From positions 2,908 through 66,907 of the forward strand of contig NZ_JBIJDC010000009.1 of NCBI RefSeq assembly GCF_044344315.1: DNA of 64,000 bases, read 5' to 3'. Positions 12,058-22,068 of the stretch are shown one piece after another. The notes beneath the pieces are model-generated. The model did not search any database, had not been told where the DNA came from, and saw only the letters and a list, made by a program, of their open reading frames with translations. Source of the stretch: Zoogloea sp. GTDB taxonomy: Bacteria; Pseudomonadota; Gammaproteobacteria; Burkholderiales; Rhodocyclaceae. Positions within the stretch are counted from its first letter, which is position 1. The number at the start of each line of letters is the position of its first letter. The translations under genes were made by a program, and so were the position numbers.

Positions 12058-12827
12058 CGATTCACCCGACTGCCATTGTCCACCCGGGAGCGCGCCTTGC
12101 TGCTGACGTGCAGGTCGGGCCGTTTTCGGTCATCGGCGAGCATGTCGAGGTTGGTGAAGGTACGACGATTGGCCCCCATGTTGTCATCGAGGGGCACACC
12201 CGCATCGGCCGTGACAACCGGATCTTCCAGTTCTGCTCCATCGGCTCCGAGCCCCAGGACAAGAAATACGCCAACGAGCCGACCCGCCTCGAGATCGGCG
12301 ATCGCAACACCATTCGCGAGTTCTGCAGCTTCAGCACCGGCACCATTCAGGACGGTGGTCTGACCCGCGTCGGCAACGACAACTGGATCATGGCCTATGT
12401 CCACGTGGCCCACGACTGCACGGTGGGCAACAACACCATCTTTGCCAACAATGCCACCCTTGCCGGCCACGTCTCGGTGGGTGACTGGGCGATTCTGGGT
12501 GGCTTTACCGGTGTGCATCAGTTCGTGCGTGTGGGTGCCCACAGTTTCTGTGGCGTCGGCACCGTGCTGCTGCAGGATCTCCCGCCCTTTGTCACAGTGT
12601 CGGGCAACCCGGCCTCGCCCCACGGCATCAACAGCGAGGGGCTGAAGCGGCGCGGTTTTTCCAGCGAAGGCATTGCGGCCATCAAGCGCGCCTACAAGAC
12701 GCTCTATCGCAACGGACTTACCCTCGACGAGGCTCGCCAGCAGATTGCGGCCGTCGCCGCCGATGTTCCCGAGCTCAGGCAGTTTTCCGACTTCATTGCC
12801 GACTCCGGTCGTGGCATCGTTCGGTAG
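12054..12827 (+). CDS. lpxA: Acyl-ACP-UDP-N-acetylglucosamine O-acyltransferase
   Basis: [27 protein letters not shown]. Start at ATG 12054, overlapping the fabZ stop. Confidence 0.99.
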   Translation: MTIHPTAIVHPGARLAADVQVGPFSVIGEHVEVGEGTTIGPHVVIEGHTRIGRDNRIFQFCSIGSEPQDKKYANEPTRLEIGDRNTIREFCSFSTGTIQDGGLTRVGNDNWIMAYVHVAHDCTVGNNTIFANNATLAGHVSVGDWAILGGFTGVHQFVRVGAHSFCGVGTVLLQDLPPFVTVSGNPASPHGINSEGLKRRGFSSEGIAAIKRAYKTLYRNGLTLDEARQQIAAVAADVPELRQFSDFIADSGRGIVR

Positions 12828-12830
12828 TCC

Positions 12831-13982
12831 ATGGCTTTGCGCATCGCCATGGTGGCGGGCGAGGCGTCCAGTGACCTCCTCGCCAGCCACCTGATCCGGG
12901 CGCTCAAGCGCCATCTGCCGGACGCAGAGTTCTTCGGTATTGGTGGGCCCAAGATGCAGGCCGAGGGTTTCAAGGCGCTCTGGCCTGCCGAGAAGCTGGC
13001 TGTCCACGGCTACGTGGATGCGCTGAAGAACTACCGGGAGCTGTCCGGCATCCGCCGCACGCTGCTTAAGCGCCTGCTTGCCGATCCGCCGGCGGCCTTC
13101 ATCGGGGTGGATGCGCCTGACTTCAGCCTGTGGCTCGAGAAGCGCCTGAAGGACAAGCATATTCCGGCGATCCACTTCGTCGGGCCGTCCATCTGGGCCT
13201 GGCGCAAGGGACGCATCAAGGGTATCGCGCGCTCTGTCAGTCACATGCTGTGCCTGTTCCCCTTCGAGCCACCTCTCTACCAGGCGGCCGGCGTACCTGT
13301 GAGCTACGTGGGGCATCCGCTGGCCGATGTTTTTCCGCTGGCACCCGATCGTGCTGCCGCCCGGGAGATGCTGCAGATCCCAGACGGGGTTCCGGTGTTC
13401 GCCCTTTTGCCGGGCAGCCGCCAATCGGAAGTGCGCAATCTCGCCGACACTTATATCGCCACCGCGGCCGCGCTCCATGAGCGTCACCCGGACGCCCGTT
13501 TCCTCGTGCCCCTGGCCACGCGGGAAACCCGCCTGCTGTTTGAAGAAGCCCTGCGTCGCCATGCCAACATCGACCTGCCGATCCGCATCCTCTTCGGCCA
13601 CGCCGTCGATGCAATGATCGCAGCCGATGTCGTGTTGGTGGCAAGCGGTACTGCGACGCTCGAGGCGGCCTTGCTGAAGCGCCCGATGGTGATCACCTAC
13701 AAGATGGGCAAGTGGTCTTTCCGCCTGATGCGGAGGATGGCCTACCTGCCCTGGGTCGGACTGCCCAATGTGCTGGCCGGACGCGAGGTGGTGCCCGAGA
13801 TCCTCCAGGATGCAGCTACGCCTCAGGCTCTCGCCGATGCCCTTGATGCCTGGCTGACCGACAAGGAAAAGGTGGCCGAGCTGACCCGTACCTTCACCGA
13901 CATGCATCTGCAGTTGCGCCAGGACACCGCCGCCAAAGCCGCTGCCGCCATCCTCCCCTACCTGCAGGGGCGCGGGCGATGA
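12831..13982 (+). CDS. lpxB: Lipid A disaccharide synthase
   Basis: IAMVAGEASSDLL, PSIWAWR, LLPGSRQSEV, SGTATLEAALL. Confidence 0.98.
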   Translation: MALRIAMVAGEASSDLLASHLIRALKRHLPDAEFFGIGGPKMQAEGFKALWPAEKLAVHGYVDALKNYRELSGIRRTLLKRLLADPPAAFIGVDAPDFSLWLEKRLKDKHIPAIHFVGPSIWAWRKGRIKGIARSVSHMLCLFPFEPPLYQAAGVPVSYVGHPLADVFPLAPDRAAAREMLQIPDGVPVFALLPGSRQSEVRNLADTYIATAAALHERHPDARFLVPLATRETRLLFEEALRRHANIDLPIRILFGHAVDAMIAADVVLVASGTATLEAALLKRPMVITYKMGKWSFRLMRRMAYLPWVGLPNVLAGREVVPEILQDAATPQALADALDAWLTDKEKVAELTRTFTDMHLQLRQDTAAKAAAAILPYLQGRGR

Positions 13983-14039
13983 AAGCGCAACGTGAAGAGG
14001 TGCCGTTTTTCCTCCGGGAAGGATGTCGCGGAGCGTCCG

Positions 14040-14648
14040 GTGGGTAGTTCTCCAAGCCTGCTTTGCGGGGTTGATGAGGCCGGGCGCGGCCCCCTGTGCG
14101 GGCCGGTTGTCGCTGCGGCGGTCATTCTCGATCCCGCGCGGCCGATTGCCGGTCTGGCCGACTCCAAGAAGCTCTCCGAGAAGCGCCGTGATGCGCTGGC
14201 CCTGGAGATCCGCGAGAAGGCCCTGGCCTGGTGCATTGCCGAGGCCAGCGTCGAGGAGATCGACCGCCTCAACATCCTGCACGCCTCCATGCTCGCCATG
14301 CAGCGGGCCGTTGCGGGCTTGCAGCAAGTACCGGACAGGGTGGCTGTGGATGGCAACCGCTGCCCGCACCTGCCCATGCCCTGCGAGGCCATCGTCAAGG
14401 GGGATTCCCTGGTGCCGGAGATCTCGGCTGCATCCATACTGGCCAAGACCGCACGCGATGCCCTACTGGTGGCCCTGGATACGCAGTATCCCCAATACGG
14501 GCTGGCCGCTCACAAGGGCTACCCGACACCGGCCCATCTTGCCGCCTTGAAAGCCCACGGGGTGTGCGCGATCTACCGGCGCAGTTTTGCACCGGTGCGT
14601 GCCATCGTGGCCAACCCACCCCTGTGGACCGACGAGGACTGCCTGTGA
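14040..14648 (+). CDS. rnhB: Ribonuclease HII
   Basis: [39 protein letters not shown]. Start is uncertain: GTG 14040 has GGAG upstream, and the ORF is open from 13992. Confidence 0.96.
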   Translation: MGSSPSLLCGVDEAGRGPLCGPVVAAAVILDPARPIAGLADSKKLSEKRRDALALEIREKALAWCIAEASVEEIDRLNILHASMLAMQRAVAGLQQVPDRVAVDGNRCPHLPMPCEAIVKGDSLVPEISAASILAKTARDALLVALDTQYPQYGLAAHKGYPTPAHLAALKAHGVCAIYRRSFAPVRAIVANPPLWTDEDCL

Positions 14649-15100
14649 AACTCCATCATTTTCTGCTGTTCATCCACCTGGCCGGTGTTGTGATCTGGGT
14701 TGGAGGCATGGCTTTCGCCCATTTCTGCCTGCGTCCGGCGGCTCTCGCCTTGCCGCCTGCCCAACGTCTCAGTTTATGGAGCGCGGTGCTGGGGCGATTT
14801 TTCCGCATTGTTTGGGGGTGCATCGCCGTGATCGTGGCGTCAGGTTTCGCGATGCTGCTTGAGGTCGGGTTTGCCCAGGCGCCCCGCTCGTGGCATGTCA
14901 TGGCTGCCGTCGGGCTGGTGATGGCGGGCATCTTCGCCAGCATCTGGTTCGGCCCGTGGCGGGCCCTGCAGCAGGCCGTTGCCGCCGAGAGCTGGGCTCA
15001 GGGCGCGCAGGCGCTCAACCTCATCCGCCAGCGGGTCACCCTCAACCTGGTGCTGGGTACGTTGACCGTCGCCCTGGCCACCCTCGGCCTCGCCTACTGA
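14645..15100 (+). CDS. CopD-like four-helix membrane protein of unknown function
   Basis: GTG start overlapping the rnhB stop; [22 protein letters not shown]; four hydrophobic segments. Confidence 0.75.
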   Translation: MKLHHFLLFIHLAGVVIWVGGMAFAHFCLRPAALALPPAQRLSLWSAVLGRFFRIVWGCIAVIVASGFAMLLEVGFAQAPRSWHVMAAVGLVMAGIFASIWFGPWRALQQAVAAESWAQGAQALNLIRQRVTLNLVLGTLTVALATLGLAY

Positions 15101-15102
15101 TC

Positions 15103-15888
15103 GTGAAGCTCATCACCTCCCGCGACAATCCGGCGGTGAAGCACCTGCACGCCCTGGCCACGTCCGCCCGGGACCGGCGCAGGGAGGGGGAAACCCTGCT
15201 CGACGGCGCTCATCTGCTGGAGGTGGCGTTGGCACGGGGCATTGCTCCACTGCAGGTGGTGGTGAGTGAAAGTGGCAAGGCCCTGCCGGAGATTGCGTCC
15301 CTGCTGGCGCGCTGTGCACCGGGTGTCCTCATTGAAGTTCCCGACCGGGTGTTTGCCCACATCAGCCCGGTGGACTCGCCCAGCGGCGTGCTGGCCCGGA
15401 TCGCCATCCCGGCGCAACCCGACGCGGGGCCGCTGGTGGATACCTGTGTAGTCCTCGACGGTGTGCAGGATCCGGGCAATCTCGGCACCATCCTGCGCAC
15501 GGCGGCGGCGGTCGGCGTGGAGGAGGTGCTGCTGACGCCGGGCTGCGCCCAGGCCTGGTCGCCGCGGGTGCTGCGGGCCGCCATGGGGGCGCACTTCGGC
15601 CTGCGTCTGCGGGAAGGTTGCGATGTCGCCCTCGCCCTCGCCGGTTATCCGGGGGCGATCCTGGCGGCGGATCTGCGCGATGCGGTTGAGCTTTACGACA
15701 TGGACCTGCGTCTACCGGTGGCCTGGCTGTTCGGCTCGGAAGGGCAGGGGCTGTCTCCTGCGGTGGCCGCCCTGGCCACCCGCCGGGTGCTGATTCCGAT
15801 GCCGGGCGGGATGGAGTCCCTGAACGTGGGGGTCGCCGCCGGGGTATGCCTGTTCGAGCAGCTGCGCCAGCGCCGTTCAGGCCGGTAG
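15103..15888 (+). CDS. TrmH/SpoU family RNA 2'-O-methyltransferase
   Basis: LDGVQDPGNLGTILRTA, LFGSEGQGL, IPMPGGMESLNVGVA (SPOUT motifs). Confidence 0.93.
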   Translation: MKLITSRDNPAVKHLHALATSARDRRREGETLLDGAHLLEVALARGIAPLQVVVSESGKALPEIASLLARCAPGVLIEVPDRVFAHISPVDSPSGVLARIAIPAQPDAGPLVDTCVVLDGVQDPGNLGTILRTAAAVGVEEVLLTPGCAQAWSPRVLRAAMGAHFGLRLREGCDVALALAGYPGAILAADLRDAVELYDMDLRLPVAWLFGSEGQGLSPAVAALATRRVLIPMPGGMESLNVGVAAGVCLFEQLRQRRSGR

Positions 15889-16545
15889 GCTGACGTTGGC
15901 CGCTGCCCTCGCGGCTTCGCCGTCAGCCTGAAAGGGAACGACGCCGAGCAGGGGCGCTTCCATGCGCAGGCGCAGGGCATCCAGATTCTCCTGAAAGCGC
16001 AGCATGGCCGGATCCACCTGATTGGCGATCCAGCCCGCCAGCCTCAGGCCCCGGGCCTGGATGGCCTCGGCGGTGAGCAGGGCATGGTTGATGCAGCCCA
16101 GGCGCATGCCCACCACCAGGATCACCGGCAGACCCAGGTCACAGGCCAGGTCGGCGGTGTCGTAGCCGGCATCCAGGGGTACGCGAAAGCCCCCTACGCC
16201 TTCCACCAAAACCACGTCCGCCTGACGGTTGAGTTCGTCAAAGGCCTCGAGGATACGTCGGGCCTCGATGCGCACGCCTTCCTCGGCCGCGGCGATGTGC
16301 GGGGCAATCGGGCTGGTCAGGCAGTAGGGGTTGAGCAGGGCGAGACCGGGGTCGAAGCTGCCGGCCGCGCGCAGGCGGGCAGCGTCCTCATTGATGAACT
16401 GACCCTGGATCGTTTCGGCGCCGGCGGCCACCGGCTTCATGCCCACGGCCTTCAAGCCGCGGGCCCGGGCCGCGTGGAGCAGGGTGCAGGTGACGAAGGT
16501 CTTGCCGATCTCGGTGTCGGTGCCGGTGATGAAGTAGGCGCTCAT
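15877..16545 (-). CDS. bioD: Dethiobiotin synthase
   Basis: YFITGTDTEIGKT, MKPVAAG, LVEGVGG, LGCINHALLT. Start at ATG 16545. Confidence 0.98.
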   Translation of the reverse strand: MSAYFITGTDTEIGKTFVTCTLLHAARARGLKAVGMKPVAAGAETIQGQFINEDAARLRAAGSFDPGLALLNPYCLTSPIAPHIAAAEEGVRIEARRILEAFDELNRQADVVLVEGVGGFRVPLDAGYDTADLACDLGLPVILVVGMRLGCINHALLTAEAIQARGLRLAGWIANQVDPAMLRFQENLDALRLRMEAPLLGVVPFQADGEAARAAANVSLPA

Positions 16546-17318
16546 GTCTTTTCCGCGAGGAGCCAGAGAGTGTCGTAGGAGGCCGGCAGTCCGGCCGGCG
16601 TGCGGTGTATCTCGTAGGCCTTGACCAGCTTGTGCCAGGCCGTCTTGCCCAGAAGCGTTCGGCGCGGGGCTCCGGTCTGATGGGCCCCGAGGGTCTTGAT
16701 GTCGGAGAGCAGACCACGCAGGTTGGGGGCCCAGGCCTGGAGGGTGTCGCGCTCGCTGGCCAGGATGCGCAGCCCGGCGTCTTCGGCGGCGTCCTCGATC
16801 ACTTCCGGGGGCTGGAAGGGTAGAACGTGCTCGTGGGCGTCCACCAGCCGGAAGGCGTCGCGCAGCTCGTGCAGGGTGCCGGGGCCGAGGGTGGCGATCC
16901 ACAGTTGGCCACCGGGGCGCAGGCTGCGCGCCAGTTCGGGCAGGGCCTTGCGTGGGTGACACCACTGCAGGGCGTAGCTGGACCACAGGGCGTCGATGCT
17001 GGCGTCGGCCAGGGGCAGTCTCTCGAGGTCGGCGCACAGGGGCAGGGCCAGACCAGGGGGCTGGCGGCGCAGCATGGCCGGGGCGAAATCGAGGGCGATC
17101 AGGTCGGCATCGGGGAAGTGGCGCCGCAGTCCCGAGAGGGCATAGCCCGTGCCGCAGCCGGCATCAACGATGCGGTGGGGCCGAAGCGCCTGGGCCGCGA
17201 CCATGCTGAGAAGGCGGTCACAGGCGCTACGCTGGACGGCGGCGACGGCATCGTAGGCATCGGCGGCCTTGTCGAAGGCGGCACGGACGGCGCGCTTGGG
17301 GGCCGGTGCATCAGTCAC
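16542..17318 (-). CDS. bioC: Malonyl-ACP O-methyltransferase
   Basis: AAFDKAADAYD, VDAGCGTG SAM motif, ALQWC, TLGPGTLHELR; position in the bio cluster. Confidence 0.93.
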   Translation of the reverse strand: MTDAPAPKRAVRAAFDKAADAYDAVAAVQRSACDRLLSMVAAQALRPHRIVDAGCGTGYALSGLRRHFPDADLIALDFAPAMLRRQPPGLALPLCADLERLPLADASIDALWSSYALQWCHPRKALPELARSLRPGGQLWIATLGPGTLHELRDAFRLVDAHEHVLPFQPPEVIEDAAEDAGLRILASERDTLQAWAPNLRGLLSDIKTLGAHQTGAPRRTLLGKTAWHKLVKAYEIHRTPAGLPASYDTLWLLAEKT

Positions 17319-18045
17319 GGGCGAAGCCCTCGATCAGGCTGGCGCAGTCTTGCGGGCGTGACAGGAAGGGCGCGTGGCCGGCATCGGCGAAGATGCTCAG
17401 GCGCCCGTCGGGCAGGGTGTCGGCCAGCCATTCGGCGGCGGCGGTGGGCATCAGGGTGTCACCGGCGCCGTGGAGCAGGCGGACGGGCTGCCGGATCTCC
17501 GGCACCGCGCTGCGCAAGTCGATGCTGGCGAGCAGATCCAGGCCGTCGGCGAGGGCTGCTCTGCGAGCGTCATCCGGTGGCGTCGCGGCACTGCCCAGAC
17601 CATTGACCACCTCGCGCCGGCGCGCGTCGCCGAGCCCCTGCAGGGCGATGAAGCGGCGCTGGGTGCCGGCAGGCTCTGCATCAAAGCTGCGTCGGAAGTC
17701 GGCCAGGGTGTCGGCGGGCATGGCGGCCTGCCAGTCCTCGGCCTGCACGAAGCGCGGCGTGGCGCTGATGAGGACGAGTCGGGCGATGTGGTCGGGATGG
17801 TGGCGGGCCAGATGCAACGCCAGCTGGGCACCCAGGGACCAGCCGACCAGCAGACTGTTCCCGGGGAGCTGCGCCAGCACGGCGTCGGACCAGCTTTCAA
17901 GGCTGTCCCCGGCAGAGGCCGCGTTGCCATGGCCGGGCAGATCGATGATCCGCACGTCCAGGCTTGGGTCCAGGGCGGCTCGCAAGGGGGCCCACACTGC
18001 GGATGACAGCCCCCAGCCATGGAGGAGAACAATGGGGTGGGTCAT
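17311..18045 (-). CDS. bioH: Pimeloyl-ACP methyl ester carboxylesterase
   Basis: [17 protein letters not shown] nucleophile elbow, AGHAPFLS. Confidence 0.95.
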   Translation of the reverse strand: MTHPIVLLHGWGLSSAVWAPLRAALDPSLDVRIIDLPGHGNAASAGDSLESWSDAVLAQLPGNSLLVGWSLGAQLALHLARHHPDHIARLVLISATPRFVQAEDWQAAMPADTLADFRRSFDAEPAGTQRRFIALQGLGDARRREVVNGLGSAATPPDDARRAALADGLDLLASIDLRSAVPEIRQPVRLLHGAGDTLMPTAAAEWLADTLPDGRLSIFADAGHAPFLSRPQDCASLIEGFARD

Positions 18046-19226
18046 GGCTGTGCGGCCTCCAGACGCTGGAGGGTGGCCACGAGTCGATCGACCTGCTCAT
18101 TGCTGTGGGCCGCCGAGAGCACGATGCGCAGGCGTGCCGAGCCCTTGGGTACGGTAGGCGGGCGGATCGCCGGGACCCACAGCCCCTCGGCGTCGAGGGC
18201 CCGGGAGACGGCCAGGGTCTCGTGGTTGTCCCCGATCACCAGGGGCTGGATGGGCGTGTCGGAGGGTAGCAGCTGCCAGCGCTGCAGGCGCAGACCGGTC
18301 TTGAAGCGGGCAATCAGGGCGTTGAGGTGGGCCCGTCGCCCGTCGCCCTGTTCGATCAGCTCGAGGGCGGTGAGCAGGCCTTCGGCCAGCATCGGCGGTG
18401 CACCGGTGGTGAAGATGTAGCTGCGGGCCTTGTTGAGCAGCCAGTCGATCACGTCCCGCTGGCCGGCCACGAAGGCGCCGGACACGCCCGCGGCCTTGCC
18501 CAGGGTGCCCATGTAGATCAAGCGCGGTGAGGCCAGGCCGAAGTGGGCCAGGCAGCCACGCCCCTGGGGGCCGAGCACGCCGAAGCCGTGGGCGTCATCC
18601 ACCAGCAGCCAGGCCTGGTGGGCTTCGGCCAGGGCGAGGAGCTCGCGCAGGGGCGCGATGTCACCGTCCATGCTGAACACCCCGTCGGTGACGATGAGCT
18701 TCCGCTGGGCGTCGGAGGCGGCCAGCCGTGCTGCCAGGGCTTGCAGGTCGCAATGGGGGTAGCGGATCAGTTCGGCCCGGGAGAGCAGGGCGCCATCCAC
18801 CAGGGAGGCGTGGTTGAGCTTGTCGGCGAAGATGGCATCGCCGCGGCCGACCAGGGCCGGCATGACGCCGATGTTGGCCATGTATCCCGTGGAGAAATAG
18901 AGTGCATCGTCCATGCCGGTGAAGGTGGCGAGGCGCTGCTCCAGGGCTTCGTGGGCGGCGTAGTGGCCGCTGACCAGGTGCGAGGCGCCGGAGCCGGTGC
19001 CCCAGCGCTGGCTGCCGTGGCGGACGGCTTCGGCGATGGCCGGCTCGGCGGCGAGGCCCAGGTAGTCGTTGGAGCAGAAGGCGAGGACGGGCTCCGCCCG
19101 GTCGGCCAGGCGCGTATCGGGCCGGCAGGGCGTGGTGACAACGCGGCGGCGGCGGCGCAGGCCGGCGGCGTCGAGTTCGCCCAGCCCGGCGCGCAGTTCG
19201 TCCAGCGGGTCGATGTGCTCAGCCAA
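18042..19226 (-). CDS. bioF: 8-amino-7-oxononanoate synthase
   Basis: [50 protein letters not shown] start. Confidence 0.97.
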   Translation of the reverse strand: MAEHIDPLDELRAGLGELDAAGLRRRRRVVTTPCRPDTRLADRAEPVLAFCSNDYLGLAAEPAIAEAVRHGSQRWGTGSGASHLVSGHYAAHEALEQRLATFTGMDDALYFSTGYMANIGVMPALVGRGDAIFADKLNHASLVDGALLSRAELIRYPHCDLQALAARLAASDAQRKLIVTDGVFSMDGDIAPLRELLALAEAHQAWLLVDDAHGFGVLGPQGRGCLAHFGLASPRLIYMGTLGKAAGVSGAFVAGQRDVIDWLLNKARSYIFTTGAPPMLAEGLLTALELIEQGDGRRAHLNALIARFKTGLRLQRWQLLPSDTPIQPLVIGDNHETLAVSRALDAEGLWVPAIRPPTVPKGSARLRIVLSAAHSNEQVDRLVATLQRLEAAQP

Positions 19227-20550
19227 GGCTGGCCTCCAGAGCGGCGGCGCAGCGGCTGGCGAGCAAGTCGATCTCCTCGTCGGACAGGATGTAGGGCGGC
19301 ATGGTGTAGACCGTGTTGCCGATGGGGCGCAGCAGCAGTTCCCGGTTCAGCGCCTCGGCGAAGAAGCGGTGGGAAAAGCCGGCGGGCGCATCGGCCACGT
19401 CGAAGGCCAGAATCATGCCCTGCTGACGCAGGTGGCGTACCTTCGGGTGGCTGCCCACTGCGGCCCGGAAGGCCTCGCCAAGGCGGGCGGCCTTGCGCCG
19501 GTTGGCGAGGATCACATTGTCCTGGGCGAAGATGTCGAGGGTCGCCAGGGCGGCCCGGCAAGCCAGCGGGTTGCCGGTGTAGGAGTGGGAATGCAGGAAG
19601 CCTCGGGCGGTGTCGTCGTCGTAGAAGGCCTCGAAGACCCGGTGGGTGGTGAGGACGATGGACAGAGGCAGGTAGCCGCCCGAGATGCCCTTGGACAGGA
19701 GCAGGAAATCGGGCCAGATGCCGGCCTGCTCGCAGGCGAAGAAGCTCCCCGTGCGGCCGCAGCCCACAGCAATCTCGTCGGCAATGAGGTGGACCTGGAA
19801 GCGGTCGCAGAGCTGGCGGGCCAGACGCAGGTATTCCGGGTCGTACATGACCATGCCGGAGGCACCCTGCACCAGGGGTTCGACGATCAGGGCTGCGGTC
19901 TCGTCGGCGTGGGCCACGAGGTGAGCTTCGAGGGCGGCGGCGGCGCGACGGGCCACATCGGCAGCGCTTTCACCGGCTGCGGCCAGGCGGGCGTCGGGGC
20001 TGGGCACGCAGGTGCCACCGCGGACCAGGTCGGCATAGGCGTCACGAAACAGGGCGACGTCAGTGACGGCCAGGGCGCCGACGGTTTCACCGTGGTAGCT
20101 GCCGGCCAGGCTGACGAAGCGGTTCTTGCCCGGTTTGCCCTGGTTGCGCCAGAAATGGACGCTCATCTTGAGAGCGATCTCGGTAGCCGAGGCGCCGTCG
20201 GAGGCGTAGAAGGCGTGGCCGAGCTGGTGGCCGGTGAGGGCGGCGAGGCGTTCGGAGAGTTCGACCACCGGCTCGTGGGTGAAGCCGGCAAGCATCACGT
20301 GCTCCAGGGTGTCGAGCTGGGCCTTGAGGGCGTTGCCGATGCGCGGGTTGGCGTGGCCAAAGAGGTTGACCCACCAGGAGCTGATGCCGTCCAGGTAGCG
20401 CCGCCCGTCCATGTCGAAGAGCCAGGCGCCTTCACCCCGGGAGATGGGGATCAGCGGCAGCTGCTCATGGTGTTTCATCTGGGTGCACGGGTGCCACACC
20501 GCGGCGAGGGAGCGGGTCAGGAGGCGGGTGTTGTGCGGACTGGACGACAT
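19219..20550 (-). CDS. bioA: Adenosylmethionine-8-amino-7-oxononanoate aminotransferase
   Basis: [51 protein letters not shown]. Start at ATG 20550. Confidence 0.98.
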   Translation of the reverse strand: MSSSPHNTRLLTRSLAAVWHPCTQMKHHEQLPLIPISRGEGAWLFDMDGRRYLDGISSWWVNLFGHANPRIGNALKAQLDTLEHVMLAGFTHEPVVELSERLAALTGHQLGHAFYASDGASATEIALKMSVHFWRNQGKPGKNRFVSLAGSYHGETVGALAVTDVALFRDAYADLVRGGTCVPSPDARLAAAGESAADVARRAAAALEAHLVAHADETAALIVEPLVQGASGMVMYDPEYLRLARQLCDRFQVHLIADEIAVGCGRTGSFFACEQAGIWPDFLLLSKGISGGYLPLSIVLTTHRVFEAFYDDDTARGFLHSHSYTGNPLACRAALATLDIFAQDNVILANRRKAARLGEAFRAAVGSHPKVRHLRQQGMILAFDVADAPAGFSHRFFAEALNRELLLRPIGNTVYTMPPYILSDEEIDLLASRCAAALEASLG

Positions 20551-20572
20551 GGGTGGATCGGAGGCGACTCGG

Positions 20573-20612
20573 AAAGTGAAAAGTGGAGCGGCCAGGGCAT
20601 GGCGGCTCCACT
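20573..20612 (-). terminator. Rho-independent terminator-like hairpin between the lipoprotein gene and bioA
   Basis: Minus strand agtggagc-c-gcc-atgccct-ggc-c-gctccact followed by tttcacttt. Confidence 0.6.
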
Positions 20613-20661
20613 CGGCGGACCGGCCTGCAGCGCCTGGGGCGCTGCGTGCAGGTGCCAATGC

Positions 20662-21945
20662 TCAGTAGGCGTAGATGCTGGCGCTGCCGGCACCGACGGC
20701 CGTGTAGATGCTCTGGGCATTGATCAGACCGTACAGGGTGCTGCCCGCCAGCGGCGAGGTTTGTGCTGTCCAGGTGGTGCCCGTGATCTCCCGGGTGTAG
20801 ATCGTTCCGTTGGTGCCCAGGGCCACCAGTCGCGAGGCCGCAGACACGGCGGTCAGGTTGCCGGCAAGGACGGTGCTGGTCCAGGTACTGGCATCATTGC
20901 TGGTGAGCACGGTGCCGTCGGCACCGACGGCCACGAAGGTGTAGGTGGTGACGCTGTTGCTGGTGGTGGCTACGGCCGCCACTGCGGTGAGGTCACCGGT
21001 CTGGGTGGTGGCCGTCCAGTTGACGGCGTCGGTACTGGTGAGCACGGTACCACCGCTGCCAACAGCCACCCACACACCCTTGGTGGAGTAGGCCACGCCG
21101 CGCAGGTTGGCGGTGACGGCCGGCGTCACCGAGGTGGCGTTCCAGGTGATGCCGTCGTTGGAGTAGCGCAGGGCGCCGTTGTCGCCCACGGCCACCACGG
21201 TGGAGCCGTTCGTGGCGATGGCGTTGAGGGTCTGGGTGGTGCCCGTGGCGCTGCCGGGGACGGTGGTCCAGGTGTTGATGTCGGCGCTGTAGGCGGCGGT
21301 GCCGTTGCTGCCGACGGCCACGTACTTGGCGATGCTGCTTGCGTACACCACACCCTTCAGGTGGACGCTGCTGTCGACGAGCGTACCGGTCGGGGTGATC
21401 CAGCTCAGGGGCTCGGACGAAACATAGTTGCGGCCGGTGGTGGTGTCGGGGGTGCGGAAGATTGCCCCATCATCGCCAACAGCCACGTACGAATAGGTGC
21501 TGGCACCGCTGGCGGTGAGGCCATAGGCGACGCTGCGCAGGGTCTTGCCCGCGCCCAGGGTGCCCCCCGTGTACCAGGTCGAGCCAGCCAGGCGGGTGGT
21601 GGCCGTCTGCACTGTGGCGCCAGGCCCGCCCTCGCCGCCGTCCTTGCGGGCATTGACGGTGAAGGCGTACTGGGTGGCATCGGTCAGCCCGGTGAGCACG
21701 TAGGGCGGTGACACCTTGAGTCGGTAGCTGGCGGTCTTCTCGCCTGGAGAAACGCTGGTACCTGCCTTGAACCACAGCCAGTAATCCACGCCCGCTTCGG
21801 CAGTCCAGTTGATGAAGGCCTGGTTTTCACCCGCCACCACGGTGAAGTTGGAAGGTGCCGGAGCGGAAGAACCTCCTCCACCGCAGGCGGTGAGGAGTGC
21901 GGTCAGGGTGGCAGCAAGGATCAGGCGGCGTTGGGGCAGGAACAT
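20662..21945 (-). CDS. Lipoprotein with FN3-like domain and seven-repeat beta-propeller
   Basis: Lipobox LLTA-C-GGGG; FN3-like segment (NFTVVAGENQAFINWT...YVLTGLTDATQYAFTVNA); seven repeats of L-x-x-V...VA(V/L)GxxG...S-x-D-xxx-W. Confidence 0.8.
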   Translation of the reverse strand: MFLPQRRLILAATLTALLTACGGGGSSAPAPSNFTVVAGENQAFINWTAEAGVDYWLWFKAGTSVSPGEKTASYRLKVSPPYVLTGLTDATQYAFTVNARKDGGEGGPGATVQTATTRLAGSTWYTGGTLGAGKTLRSVAYGLTASGASTYSYVAVGDDGAIFRTPDTTTGRNYVSSEPLSWITPTGTLVDSSVHLKGVVYASSIAKYVAVGSNGTAAYSADINTWTTVPGSATGTTQTLNAIATNGSTVVAVGDNGALRYSNDGITWNATSVTPAVTANLRGVAYSTKGVWVAVGSGGTVLTSTDAVNWTATTQTGDLTAVAAVATTSNSVTTYTFVAVGADGTVLTSNDASTWTSTVLAGNLTAVSAASRLVALGTNGTIYTREITGTTWTAQTSPLAGSTLYGLINAQSIYTAVGAGSASIYAY

Positions 21946-21980
21946 GGAGGCAGGACCATCAATGAATGGGGCGATCCCGG

Positions 21981-22009
21981 ATTCTACAGCAGGGGGGCTG
22001 TCCTGCCAG
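21981..22009 (-). promoter_or_regulatory. Candidate sigma70 promoter of the lipoprotein gene
   Basis: Minus strand CTGGCA-N17-TAGAAT. Confidence 0.45.
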
Positions 22010-22068
22010 CGCTCCCGTGCATGGCGCGCTGGCAGGGGGCGGCCTCAGACCGAGGCTCATGCCGCAGA

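Noticed and set aside
22002-22036. 11-bp stem cctgccagcgc/gcgctggcagg after ppk1 as an intrinsic terminator
   Set aside because: It has no U-tract and a 13-nt loop, and it overlaps the candidate lipoprotein -35, so its function cannot be supported.
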